Origin: the human T2T-CHM13v2.0 reference genome, Homo sapiens
Direction: 5' to 3' (one strand)
Assembly: GCF_009914755.1 (NCBI RefSeq)
Contig: NC_060929.1
DNA length: 64,000 nucleotides
Shown here one piece after another: positions 26,921 through 40,809 of the stretch. The position numbers and the translations under genes are program-made. Each line of letters starts with the position of its first letter. Position 1 is the first letter of the stretch. The notes beneath the pieces are model-generated. The model did no database searches. It worked only from the letters and a program-made list of their open reading frames with translations, and was not told the origin of the DNA.

Positions 26921-28056
26921 TGTTATGGACTGAAATATGCCCCCCTAAAATTCATATTGAAAATCAAAGCCCCCCCCCGAGGCTGCTAGACGTAGGCGTT
27001 AGGCATGTCCCACCCACCCGCCGCCTCCCACCGCACCTCGGGGACACCAGAGCTGCCGACTTGGAGATTCCTGGTCTGTGAAGAGTCGGTGGTGCCAGCA
27101 GGAACCGGGCTGGGCCTCGTGCGTCCGTGGGGTCTGCGCTTGGTCTTTCTGTGCTTGGATTTGCATATTTATTGCATTGCTGGTAGAGACCCCCAGGCCT
27201 GTCCACACCCTGCTAAGACTCCTCAGGCAGCGTTTGGGTCCCGCACTCTGTCCCCATTTCCCCGATGTCCCCTGCGGGCGCGGGCAGCCACCCAGGCCTG
27301 CTTGCTGCGGCCCCCTCTCGGCCAGGCATTGGCTCAGCCCCCTGAGTGGGAGGTCATGGGCCAGTCCCCGAGGAGTTGGGCCCCTGCACAGTGCCTGGCC
27401 ACACCCATGATGCAGGGCTGGCCTCCAACCCTGCGGACCGCGCCAGGCACCAACTCCGTGTTTGGTGTCTGTCTGTGTTTGTTTTCAAGAAATGATTCAA
27501 ATTGCTGCTTGGATTTTGAAATTTACTGTAACTGTCAGTGTACACATCTGGACCCCGTTTCATTTTTACACCAATATGGTAAAAATGCTGCTCTCAGCCT
27601 CCCACAATTAAACCGCATGTGATCTCAAAAAAAAAAAAAAAAGAAAAAGAAAAGAAAAGAAAGAAAATCTAAGTCCCAATCCCCAATGTAATGGTATTTG
27701 GAGAAAGGACCTTTAGGAAGGTAATCAAAGTTAAATGAGATAATAAGGGTGGGGCTCTGATCTAATGGGATTGGTGTCTGTATAAGAGGAGGACCAGACT
27801 CTGGGGAGTGCTCTGTTTCTCTGCTTCTCTCTCTCTCTCTCTGCCTCTATCTCATGTGGACAGAAGAAAAGTCATGTGAGTACACAGTGAGAAGGTTACC
27901 ATCTGCAAGCCAGAAAGAGAACCCTTACCAGAAACTGACCTTGCTGAACCTTGACCTTGGATTTCCAGTGTCCAGAAGTGTGAGAAAATAACAGTCTGTT
28001 GTTTATGCCACTAAGCTTGTGGTATTTTGTCATAGCAGGGTAAGTAGACTAATACA
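26921..28056 (+). mobile_element. MLT1A-like LTR split by a retrocopy
   Basis: TGTTATGGACTGAA...AAAATTCATA at the 5' end; resumes CCCCAATGTAATGGTATTTGGAG; ends GACTAATACA; TSD (A/G)GTTT. Confidence 0.85.
26970..27662 (+). pseudogene. FASN: 5'-truncated processed retrocopy of fatty acid synthase mRNA, 3'UTR only (symbol is the parent gene)
   Basis: Recognised from memory as the FASN 3'UTR (GAGGCTGCTAGA..TAGGCATGTCCCACCCACCCGCCGCC; GAAATGATTCAAATTGCTGCTTGGATTTTGAAATTTACTGTAACTGTCAGTGTACAC; CTCCCACAATTAAACCGCATGTGATCTC). ATTAAA at 27607-27612, A-tail from 27627, TSD GAAAATC(A/T)AAG(C/T)CC at 26959-26972 and 27663-27676. Confidence 0.85.
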
Positions 28057-28901
28057 GGTTTTCTCTTCAGTTATTCAGAATAACTGGGAAATTGGAAAAT
28101 AAATTCTCATTTTCAGGAAAAATACATCTTTTTTTACAAGTGTGATTTTCTCATAGTTAGAATTCATGAATTGCATTCATATATTATATAACAGTAACTA
28201 GAAGAATATGAACTGGTGTTTAAAGGGAAAAATAAGTTAAAGTAAATGGTGCACAGAAATAGGATTCTTCAGCACAACATTGGAAAGAGGAGACTAAGCT
28301 AAAAACATCAATGAGGGTGATGTCAGCAAGATGGCAGAATAAGAAGTCTCAACTCTCTTTCCCACATGGAAACACCAATTTAACAATGATATATGGACCA
28401 AATATCATCAGTCTATGTACCTTTATGAGAGGGTCAGAATCCAGTTGAGAAACTGCAGGCTTCTAGATAAGCACAGAGCTGAGAATGGCTATATTGAACC
28501 AGGTAAGAGCAATTTTACTTTACTAGTGTCAGCTCTTTCTCCAAGCCAGCATAGCTCAGCACCAAGAGAAATGGGCTCAGCCTACAACTTCTCCCTCATG
28601 GATGCAGAGAGAATGGACTGTGCTTACAACAACCCTGGCTTTTTAGTTCACTGCCTAAAGAAACAGATTCTGTCTTGCCTCACATGGAGTTCTGAGAGAA
28701 CTGGCATACTTCAGATGTCCAGAGATGGTCAAGAACAGAGAAAAAGGGGTGGGGGCTTACTGCTGCTGGCATGGCTCTGTGAGATAGGGAGAAGGAGCTT
28801 CTTCACAGAGAATGATGGATAGAAATGTAGTATGCCTCCAATGTTCCAGCCTGTGGTACAGGGGTCAGATACCAGAAGGAGTAAGAGATTGAAGCCTCCT
28901 G

Positions 28902-28960
28902 GAAAGAAAAGAAAAAAGGAAAGGAAAGAAAAAAGAAAGAAGGAAAGAAAGAAAGAAAAA

Positions 28961-29016
<56 letters not shown>

Positions 29017-29018
29017 AA
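28902..29018. repeat. (GAAA)n purine microsatellite in the L1 5' region
   Basis: Seen directly. Confidence 0.95.
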
Positions 29019-30797
29019 CTAGTAAATCTGTCTACTTACCTATGCATTCGTTCAGAAAATACACATCCATGGAAGGGTTTGAGAAGCTCCCAGAATCTCT
29101 CCCAAGGCTGACTGATGAAGGTCTCCCTCTGTCTGAGTCGGTCTATAAGGACTGGAAAAAGCAGCTATTTCTGCAAATGCACAAACACCAACACAAAGCT
29201 ACAAGGACCATGAAGAATCAGGAAACAACGATACAGCCAAAGCAGCAGAACAAACCTCCATTAAATGACCCTAAAGAAATTGAGATCTATTAATTGGCTG
29301 ACAAATAATTTAATACAATTATCTTGAAGCTCAATGAATTATAAGAAAACAGACAACTAAACAAAATCAGAAAAATAATACATGAATAAGATAGAAATAT
29401 TAACAAGGGGGTAGAAGCTATCAAAAAGAACCACGCAGAAATTCTGGAGCTCAAGAATATAATAACAAAACCAAAAACTTTAATACAGAGCTTCAGCAGC
29501 AGATTTTATCAAGCAGAAGAAAGAATCAGTGAACTCAGAGAGTGATCATTTGATATTGTTTAGTCAAAGGAGCAAAAAGAAAAAAGAATGAAAAAGAGTG
29601 AACATTTAAGGGAATTATTAGACCTAATGAAGTTTTTATTGTTCAAATTTTTATTTTAATGCATTATAAAAGTTTCAGAAAGGAGAAAGAGGGAAAAAAT
29701 CTTATTTAAAGAACTAATGGCAAAAAACTTCCCAAGTTTGGGAAGAAAAACGGACATCCAGATTGCTGAAGCTCAAAAGGCCCCAAAAGTATGAACACAA
29801 AGAAATATACACCAAGACACATTATAATCATATTGTTAAAAGTCAAAAACAGTGGGAGAATTTTGAAAGATGCAAGAGAGCAATAACTTGGCATGAACAA
29901 AGGGGCCCCAAAGACTACTAGGAGATTTCTCAGCAGAAACCTTGTAGGCAAGAAGAAAGTGTAACCATATATTCAAAGTGATGAAAAAATTTGTCAACAA
30001 AAAATACTATACCTGGCAAAATTCTTTTTCAAAAGTGAAGAGAAAATAAAGACTTCCAGAAAAAAACAGAAGTTGAAGAAGTTCATTACTACTAGACCTG
30101 CCTTACAGGAAATGCTAAAGGGAGTTCAAGTTGAAACAAAAAGGACAAATATGAAAGCATATGAATGTATAAAACTCCCTGGTAAAGGTAAACATGTAGA
30201 CAAACACAGACTACTGTAATACTTCAATAGTGATGTGTAAATACTTTTGGTTTTAATATAAAATTTAAAAGAAAAAAGTAGTAGAATTACTACAACTACA
30301 ATAATTTACAACATGAAAAGCTGTAAATTGTCACATCAATAACAAAGTGTATTGGAGGAAGAATTAAATGTGTAGCATTTTTGTATGCAATTGAAGTTAA
30401 CAGCATAAATGTAAGCCTAATGGTAATCACAAAGAAAATACCTATGGAAGATACACTAAAGGAAAAGAGAAAGGAATCAAAATATAGCCTGAAAATTCTT
30501 CAAATCACTAAGGAAGATAGCAAGAGAGGAAAAGAGGAGCAAAAGTACTCCAAGACAGACAAAAAAGAATTAACAAAATGACAATAAGTACTTGCTTATC
30601 AATGATTACCTTAAACATAAATAGATTAAATTTATCAAAATCAAAATACATAGAGTGGATAATTTTTTAAAAAACAAACCATTTTCAACTATATGCAGTC
30701 TATAAGAGACTTATTTTAAATTTAAAAAATATATAGAATGGAAGTGAAGGGGTGGAAAAGGATATTGCATGCTAATGACAAAAGAAAGCAGGGGTCA

Positions 30798-31224
30798 TGT
30801 ATTTGGCCATTCTTGCATTGCCATAAAGAAATAACTGAGACTGGGTAATTTATGAAAAGAAAAGAGATTTAATTGGCTCATAGTTCTTCATGCTGTACAG
30901 GAAGCATCCTGGAATATGCTTCTGGGGAGAACTCAGAAAGCTTTCAGTCATGGTGGAAGGCAAAGTGGAAACAGGCATATCACATAAGAAAGCAGGAGTG
31001 AGAGAGAGAGAGAGTGGGGGTTTGGCGATGTCACACACTTTTATGTGACCAGATCTTATGTGTACTCAGAGCAAGAGCTCACTGATCACTAAGAGGATGG
31101 CCCAAGCTGTTTATGAGGGATCTACTCCCATGATCCAAACAACTCCCACCAGGTCCCTCCTCCAACATCGAGGATTACATTTCAGCATGAGATTTGGACA
31201 GGGGCAAATATCCAAACTATACCA
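30798..31224 (-). mobile_element. MSTB LTR nested in L1
   Basis: GGCCATTCTTGCATTGCCATAAAGAAATA...CAGAGCAAGAGCTCACT...ATCCAAACTATACCA. Confidence 0.85.
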
Positions 31225-31533
31225 GGAGGCTATACTTATATATAATGGACTTTAAATAAAAAACAGTCTCAAGAGACAAAGAAAGTTGTTATATAATGAT
31301 AAAAGTGTCCTGTTGTCAGGAAGATATAACAATTATAAATATATATAATATATATATATACATATACATATATCCAATATTGAGCATATGTATATATAGC
31401 AAACATTGATAAGTCTAAAGGAAAAAAATGAATGGCAATATAATATTTGTAGGATAATTTAATATCCTATTTTCAGAAATAAGGAAACAGTGGAGTTGAA
31501 CAGATCCGTAGACAAAATGGATCTGATATATAT

Positions 31534-31894
31534 TGTATTGGTTTGTTTGGGCTGCTCTAATAAAATATCATAGATTGCATAGTTTATAAACTATAGACAT
31601 TTATTTCCCAGCCTCCTTCTGGAGGATAAGAAGTCCCCCATCAAGGCACTGGTAGATTCAGTGTTTGGCAAGCGCGGATTTCCTGGTTTATAGAAGGCAG
31701 CATTTCACTGTGTCCTCCCATGACAGAAGGGGCGAAAGTCTCTCTGGGGTCTCCTTCATAAGGGTACTAATCTCATTCATGAGGACTTCACCCTTATGAC
31801 ATAATCTCTTTCCAAAGACCCCACCTCCTAATCATTTTGGGGGCTAGAATTTTAGTGTGTAAATTTGGGGGTTACCAACAGTCAGACCATAGCA
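31534..31894 (-). mobile_element. MLT1A0-like LTR nested in L1
   Basis: GGGCTGCTCTAATAAAATATCATAG...TAAGGGTACTAATCTCATTCATGAGG...CAGACCATAGCA. Confidence 0.8.
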
Positions 31895-32138
31895 AGACAT
31901 ATAAGAAACATTCTACTTCACATCCGCAGAACATATACTTCTCAAGAGCACTTAGAGCATTCTCCAGGATATATCACAGGCTGGTTCACAAAGGAAATCT
32001 TAACACATTTAGGAAGATTTAAATCATGCCAAGTATGTTTCCTGACTACCATAAAATAAAACCAAAAATCAGTAAGAGAAGGAAAATGAAAAAAAAACCC
32101 ACAAATATGTGGAAAACGAACAATATACTCTTGAACAA

Positions 32139-32846
32139 TGAGAAATAAAAATGAAATCTTAAGGCCTCCAGCTGACTGAATGGACCTCCTCTTGGCCTAG
32201 GGGACCCTAGCAAAACCTTGAAAACAGACTTTGTGGCCATGACAGTATGGGAGGTCATTATACCCCCTTCCTCACTAACCACCATTACCCTTTCTTCCCT
32301 AAGGGTTAACCTGAAACCAGCCCTTTGGAAAGGCTCACTACACTACTATATCAACCAGCTGCCTGATTCTGCCCCTCCCATTTGTGATTTCAATAAACTG
32401 TCCAGTATTCCTTCCCAATAAGAGACCACTGGCCACAGAGTGGTTCTGCCAGTCTATGGGGGATGTGCAGTGAGGGTTTCATGTCCTCTGCTTTACCTTT
32501 TGATGTCAAAGGGCTGAAAACTCCATCCCAGAATCATGCTAATGCCACCATTTTTTGAACATGGGTCCCATGGTGAAGCATGAAGCTCGGCTGAACATCT
32601 GCATTGTTCTCCTATCATAAATACTCATGACTTCTCCTATAGCTTATTGAATATGGATATTTGGCCACCACATTCAGCATAAATCCCTGTCTTATTCTTT
32701 CTACCCTGAAAGGGTCTGTTTCTGGCTTCTGGGTGGAGATTACCTTTCCTAGCCTGTCAGAATGGCCACCTTGCAGGCTGCAATCATTTTTGAGAAATAA
32801 AGCTCTCCTCTCCAAGTTTTTGAACCTCATCATTCCTCAGTGGACA
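32139..32846 (+). mobile_element. MER4-group (MER4E-like) ERV1 solo LTR nested in L1
   Basis: TGAGAAATAAAAATGAAATC...GACTGAATGGACC...AATAAAGCTCTCC...CAGTGGACA; L1 ORF2 resumes on both sides. Confidence 0.75.
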
Positions 32847-33403
32847 CAACCTATGGGTCAGAGAAGAAATAAGCAGGGAAATTAGAAGGAATCTCAAGAC
32901 AAAAACAAAAACAAAACACAATATGCCAAAACTTAGGTGATGCAGCAAAAATAGTACTGAGAAGTTTGTAGTAATGAACGCCTACATTAACAAAGAAGAA
33001 AGATCTCAAATAAATGATCTAAATTTATGCCTCACAGAATTAGAAAAAGAGCAAATTAAACACAAAGTTAGCAGAGGGTAAAAATAACCAATATTAGAAC
33101 AGAAATAAAGCAGATTAAAAATCAATAAAAAAACTGCAGTTAGGAGTTGACTTTTTGAAAAGATATGAAAATTCGACAAACCTTCATCTAGACTAAGAAA
33201 AAGGAGAGAAGAGTCAAACAAATAAAATCAGAAATAGAAGAGGAGACATTATAACTAATGCAACAGAAATTAAGATCATAAGAGATTTCTATTTAAGAAA
33301 GTGTATGCTAACACATTGGAAATCCTGGAAGAAATTAATGATTTCCTAGAAACATACAACCTACCAGACTGAATCATGAAGAATTACAAAATCTTAAACA
33401 CCA

Positions 33404-33760
33404 TGTCTTGGTCAATTTGGGCTGCTATAAAAAGGGCCTTAGACTGGGTAATTTACAAGCAAAATAAAGGTACCGCTCACAGATCTGGAAGCTGGGAAGT
33501 TCAAGGTGCAAGCATTATTGGTGTCCGGTGAGGGTTAGCTCTCAGCCTCATAGATGGCACCTTCTTGTTGCATCCTCACACAGTGAAAGGGGCAAACAGG
33601 CTCCCATAGGCCTCTTTAATATGAATACTAATTCACCATTCATAAGGGTGAAGCCCTTGTGATCTAATCACTTCTTAAAGCACCACTTTTAATAAAATTG
33701 CATTAGGGATTAGGTTGCAACAAATGAATTCCAGGGGAGCCAAACATTCAGACCATGGCA
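33404..33760 (-). mobile_element. MSTD/MLT1A0-like LTR nested in L1
   Basis: TGTCTTGGTCAATTTGGGCTGCTATAA...AAACATTCAGACCATGGCA; degenerate TSD CACCA/GAGCA. Confidence 0.8.
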
Positions 33761-34568
33761 GAGCAATAATGAATAATGAGATTGAGCCTGTAATCAAAAT
33801 CTTCCAACAAAGAAAAGCTCAAGAATGTATGCCTCCATAGGTTAATGCTGCTGAACACTCAAGAAAGAATGAACACCAATCTTCCTTAACTTATTTCAAA
33901 AAATCTAAGAAGAGGAAAGATTTCCAAACTCATTTTATGAGGCTAGCAGCACCCTGATACTAAAGCCAGATAAAGTCACTACAGGAAAAGAAAACTAAAG
34001 GATGATAACCCTGATAAACATAGTTGCAAACACCCTCAACAAAATACTATCAAACTGAGTTCATCAGCATAGTTAAAAGGGTCATACACCATGACCAAGA
34101 GGTATTTATCCCCGGGCTTTAAGGGTGGTTCAATATATGCAAATTGATTAATGTGGCACACTGTAACAGAATAATGTAATGCAACAAAATGAAGGATAAA
34201 AATCATCTGATCATCTGATTATCTCCATAGACTGCAGAAAAGCATTTGATAAAATTCAATATCCTCCTTGATAAAAACTCTCAACAAACTAAGTATACAA
34301 TTAACGTTAACATAATAAAGCCCCAATGTGAAACACCTACCACCAGTATAATACAATATTCAATGTAAAAAACTGAAATCATTTCTTCTAAGATCAGAAA
34401 GAAGGCAAAGATGGCTATTTTAGTCACCTGTATGCAAGATAGTATTGGCAGTCTTAGCCAGTGTAATTGCTAAGAAAAAGAAATGGCATCCAAATAGAAA
34501 AGGAAGAAGTAAAATGATTTATGTGTGCATATGACATGATCTTATATGTGGAAAACCCTGAGGACGAA

Positions 34569-34626
34569 ACACACACACACACACACACACATCCCACACA
34601 CAGACACACACACACACACACGCACA
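34569..34626. repeat. (CA)n imperfect microsatellite
   Basis: Seen directly. Confidence 0.9.
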
Positions 34627-34790
34627 AACTGTTAGAACTAACAAATGAATTCAGTAACATTTCAGGATTACAAACTCAACATAAAAGCCATGTTACTATT
34701 AATGACTATCTGAAAAGGAAACTTAGAAAACAATCATATTTAGAATGACATGAAAGATACTCAGAAATAAATCAGGGAGGTGAAAGACTT

Positions 34791-35154
34791 TGCCTTGGTC
34801 CGTTCAGGCTTTTATAACAAAATGCCTTAGACTGAGTAATTTATAAACAACATAAACTTATTGCTCACAGTTGTGGAGTTTGGGAAGCCCAACATCAAAG
34901 CAGCAGCAGATTCGTTGTCTGGTAAGGACCTCTTTCTCAGAGATGGTATCTTCTTGCTGCATCCTCACATGGCAGAAATGGCAAAAAGTCCCTCTCACTC
35001 CTCTTTTGTAAAGGCACTAATCCCATTCATGAGGGCAGAGCCCCTATGACCTAATTACCTCTCAACTGTCCCACCTCTTAATTTCATCACATTAGGGATT
35101 AGACTTTAACACATAAAGTTTGGAGGAACACAAATATTCGAACCATACATAACA
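34791..35154 (-). mobile_element. MSTD/MLT1A0-like LTR nested in L1
   Basis: TGCCTTGGTCCGTTCAGG...GGCACTAATCCCATTCATGAGGGCAGAGCCC; TSD G(A/G)CTT. Confidence 0.8.
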
Positions 35155-37895
35155 GGCTTGTACACTGAAAACTGTAATGCATAGATGAAAGAAATTAAAG
35201 AAGATACAGTAGACAGAAATAAATACAAAGACGTGTGATCATGGACTGGAAGACTTAATATTGTTAAAATGTTCATACTATCTAAAGCAATCTACAAATT
35301 CAGTGCAATCACTATCAATATCCCAATGGCATTTTGCACAGAAATAGAAAAAAAAATCTATCCTGAAATTTACATGAAAATAACAAACTAAAAACCCCAA
35401 TTAGGCAAAGCAATCTTGAGAAAGAAGGACAAAACTGGAGGCATCACACTTACTGATTTCAAAATATATTTAAAAACAAAACAATGTGGTGTGAGCATTA
35501 GAAACAGACAAATATACCAGTGGAAGAAAGTCACAATCCCAGAAATAAACCCACATATAATGTCAACCGATCTTCAACAACGATGCCAGAAATATTCAAT
35601 GGGGAAAGGATAGTCTCTTCAATTAATGGTGCTGGGAAAACTGTACATCCACAGCCAAAATAATGACACTGGATCCTTGTTTTACATCATACACAAAAAT
35701 CAACCCAAAATAGATTAAAAATTTAAATGTAATACCTAAAATTGTAAGACTTTTAGATAAAAGCATAAAGGAAGAGCTCCTTGAGATTGGTCTTTGCAAT
35801 AATTTCTTGGCTATGACACCAAAAACACAGTACAAAAGCAAAAATAGGTAAGTGGCATTTTATCAAAGTAAAAAAGTTACTGCAAAGCAATGGAAACAAT
35901 AAACAGAGTGAAAAGGCAGCCTATGGAGTGAGAGGAAATATTAGAAAACCATATATCTGATAAGGGGTTGATACCAAAAATATGTAAGGAAATCCTACAA
36001 CTCAAGAGCAAAAAAACAAATATCTAGATTAATAAATGAGCAAAATACTTGAATAGACATTTCTCCAAAGAAGGCATAAAAATGGTCAACAAGTAGATAA
36101 AAAGATGCTCAACATCACAAACCATCAATGCAATTCAAAAGTGAAAAATACAATGAGCTATCACTTCAGACTTGTTAGGATGGCCATTATCAAAAAATGA
36201 CAGATCACAGGGGTTGCCAAGGATGTGGAGAAATGGGAAGCCTTCTATACCGCTGGTAGGAATATAAAATGGTTCAGCTACTATTGAGAAAAGTATTGAA
36301 GTTCCTCGGCATATTAAAAATAGAACTACCGTATGATTCAGCAGTGTCACTTCTGGGTATATATATGAAAGAAATGAAATCAGGATCTAGAAGAGATATC
36401 TGCACTCCCATGGTCACTGCAGCATTATTCACAATAGGTAAGACATGGAAACCACCTGAGTGTTTACTTACAGATCAATGGATAAAGAAAATGTGGTGTG
36501 TACATACAATGGAATATTATTTAGCCTTAACAGAGAAGGAAATCCTGACATTTGCAACAGCATGGATGAACCTGGAGGACATTATGTTAAGGGAAACAAG
36601 CCAGTTACAGAAGGACAAATGCTACGTGATTCCAATGATATGAGCTACCTAAAATAGTTAAACTCACAGAAACAGAGTAGATTCATGGTAGTAGGGGTTA
36701 CACGGAGGGAGAAATGGGAAGTGTTAGTCAATGAATCTAAAGTTATATAAGATGAATAAGTTCTAGAAATTTGCTGTACAGCACTGTACCTGTAGGTAAG
36801 AATGCTGTATAGTACTGTTAAAATTTTCTTTACAAAAAGGAAAACAATCAGGTAAAGAGCCTATAGTCATTGTAAAATAAAAATCAGTCTCTTGGTTTTG
36901 CATTTTTAACTAGCAGGTAACACAATGAAGAGATTTTTAAAAGAAGCTTATAATTTAAAAACCTGCCTATTGTTGCTGGAAATTCACATTGAATGGCATT
37001 GTCATATATGTTATTTATAGGTCTGCTTCACTCCTATTAACATGTTAGCTCACCTTACTAACTTGCCTCACCCATGATCAATTAAATTTTCAGTCTCCAG
37101 GTAAATCTTGTTCTCAGCAGACAACATACTCTCAGTGAGGCTCAGCAACCAATGATGGATAAGCTCTGACTCAGATGTGTTCTCCTCCCTCAAGCTTTGC
37201 TGCACCAAGCCTGCCCGCAGCTAAAGGAATCTGATGTTACTCTAGTTCACTCTACACAGTCACTTAGCAGGCTGGTCATTCTCAGCCCACTGAAGCATGT
37301 GAGTGGAAAGGGGTTGTGAGCAGCCTAAAGAAAACAGTGGCATTATTGTTGCTTAATAACAGAAACACATAAAAGAGAATGAGGAAAACTTCAATGTCAC
37401 AAAGTTATTTTCATTAGAATAAGCAATATATGGAATTTAGAGTTGGGATACTATTTAGGTGATAAAAGTAGGAATGGTGCTTTCAACTTCATATATTTTT
37501 AAAATATCACAGGCTATTAATACCAGGTCTATATGCCTCTTTTATGTGTAAAAGACATAAATACATTTGTTGTTAAAATATAAGAATCTACTTACATATA
37601 ATTTCTATTGAATGATTTTTTCCTACTCTTTTTGTTTCATAAAAAAACCGTCACCTTTTTATCATACACACACACACACACACACACACACTTTTCATGA
37701 TATAGGCACACACAAACATTTCTTGTAGCCAATATGTGCTAACAGAGTCATCAAATGATCCCTAGGTATATACTCAAGAGAAATGAAAACCACATGAAAA
37801 CAAAATGTTCATAGCAGCATTATCATTATTCATAGCCAAAAAGTAGAAACAACCCAAACATCCATCAACTAATGAACAGATAAACAAATGCAGTA

Positions 37896-38836
<941 letters not shown>

Positions 38837-39299
38837 TATCCTCCCGATGGAATATTATTCAGCAATAAAAAGGAATGAAGTACAGATACATGCTGCAACA
38901 TGAAAATGAAAGTGTTATGCGAAGGAAGCCAGATACAAAAGAAAAAAGTATTGTATGGTCCCATTTATATGAAATGGGGAGAACAGGCAAATTTATAAAG
39001 ATAGAGAGTAGATTGGTGGTTGCCTATGGCAGGGAGTTGGAGGTATGGAGGGCAATGGGTAGGACTGCAAAAAGTTATGGGGGCTTGTAGGGGGTACTGA
39101 TAAAAATACTTTAGGTTTAGGTTGTGGTCGACGGTTGCAACAATATATGAATATGCTGAAAACCATCGAATTGTGTGCTTGAAATGGGTAAACTTATGGT
39201 TAGTGAATTATATCTCAATAAAGCTGTTTAACAAAATAGAAAACACCAGGATTGCAAAAGGACATTTCATCAGGCCTGTATTAAAGCAGGATTGGTAAC

Positions 39300-39749
39300 T
39301 GCTATGATTTGTTTGTCCCCTCGGAAACTCATGTTGAAGTGTGATCTCCAATCTGGTGATGTCTGGAGGTGGGATAGTGGGAAGTGTTTGGTTCATGGGG
39401 GTGGATTTCTCATGAATAGATTAATGCTTTCCCACAAGAGTGAGTGAGTTCTCTTTCTGGCTGGACTGAATTAGTTGCTGAAGAAATGAGTTGTTATAAA
39501 AGTGAGTCCAGCTTCCTAGACTCTGTCTTGCTTCCTCTCTTGCCATGTGATCTCTTTGCACATGACCACTTGCTTTTCTGCTTCTTTGCCATGTTTTGAC
39601 TCAGCACACAGCTCTTACCAGAAGCCAACCAGATGCCACGCTATGCTCTTGAACTTCCCAGTATGCAGAACTGTGAGCTAAATAAACCACTTTTCTTTAT
39701 ATATTACCCAGTCTCAGGTATTCTCTTATAGCAACACAAAACAAATACA
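39300..39749 (+). mobile_element. MSTB1/B2-like LTR
   Basis: TGCTATG..TTTGTCCCC..AAACTCATGTTGAA...CATGAATAGATTAATGC...TTACCCAGTCTCAGGTATTC. Confidence 0.8.
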
Positions 39750-40809
39750 GTATCTATGGCCTAGATACCAGTGACTTCCTTAAATTTCCCCTTCCCTTCC
39801 GTATATCTGTATTTCCCAATGAGCATCTTCTTCACAGTGAACATTAACAAAATACAAGTCCAGACTCTTTCATGTGAAACCTTGATCTGTGCTGGAGCTG
39901 CTTCCCCACAGGCAACTCCATCTCCTACATGAGAGGCAGGTGAAACTTTTAATAGGGGTCCCTGAGAAGTAAAATGAAAAATGGTACATAAAAAGCTTTT
40001 GACAAAATTGGAGATAATTATGGCTTTATGTCTACTATTCCAATTACAGAGTGGCAAACCTGCATTTTAAAATTGTTCCTTTATATATTATTTCACTATG
40101 ACCAATGATTCTCCTGGACAATGGAAGATCAAATGCATGATTTATAATTAAAACGTTTCTGTTCTTATGCCAGGAGATGTATATATTGAAATTCAAAAGT
40201 ATTGCAGCACACTTACAGTGATTCAATATTACAGGTAAAATGTATTTCATGTTTCACTTATGACAGGTGCTAATTAAAGCAAGTTACATGCATTAGTTCA
40301 AAGAAAATTTTTTTTCATTTTTTTCATTGGCTGGAGCATAATCAGAAATTATCCTATGCCTTTGTTGACATTTAAGAAGGTGTCTTAGAGATTTTAATAC
40401 AAATACAAAGTGTTTGCAACTGGGAAGTAACTTTAGAAATTATCCATTTCGGTGTTTTCATTTAAAAATGAGGAAACCAAGAGAGGTGAAAGCCCTAAGG
40501 TCGTTAGAACTAAGTGGTAAAAAGAATATAAATGCCAGTGTTCCCAGTCCCATCCCATCAGGATACTTTCTTTCAAAACTCACATAAACTAAAATAAGCA
40601 TGTCTACAAAGAGACGACACGATATTCTAGTTCTGTATTAGCCTCTTAATACTTGTGGGTGACGAACTTACTCAAACTGAATCTAACCTTCCTGATTTTT
40701 ACAATATCTCACCTAAATTCTATGAATTTTGTGATGCTCAGATTAAATTACACAGACAACATGTGCTTCGCAATAGGTATACCAAGAATTACCATTAAAT
40801 CTACTATTG

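Larger units (their letters stand above)
28310..36845 (+). mobile_element. Near full-length degenerate L1 (L1MA10/L1MB1-2-like 3' end): 5'UTR, ORF1, ORF2, 3'UTR, with five nested LTRs
   Basis: 5' GTCAGCAAGATGGCAGAATA; ORF1 GAAATTCTGGAGCTCAAGAAT and CTAGACCTGCCTTACAGGAAATGCT; ORF2 GAAAAGCATTTGATAAAATTCAA; ORF 36269-36643 reads [14 protein letters not shown]...[19 protein letters not shown], the L1 ORF2 C-terminus. Confidence 0.9.

Noticed and set aside
28832-29293. 153-aa Lys/Glu/Arg-rich ORF
   Set aside because: Kept open by the (GAAA)n repeat in the L1 5' region.
36269-36643. 124-aa ORF
   Set aside because: Degenerate C-terminus of L1 ORF2, not a host gene.
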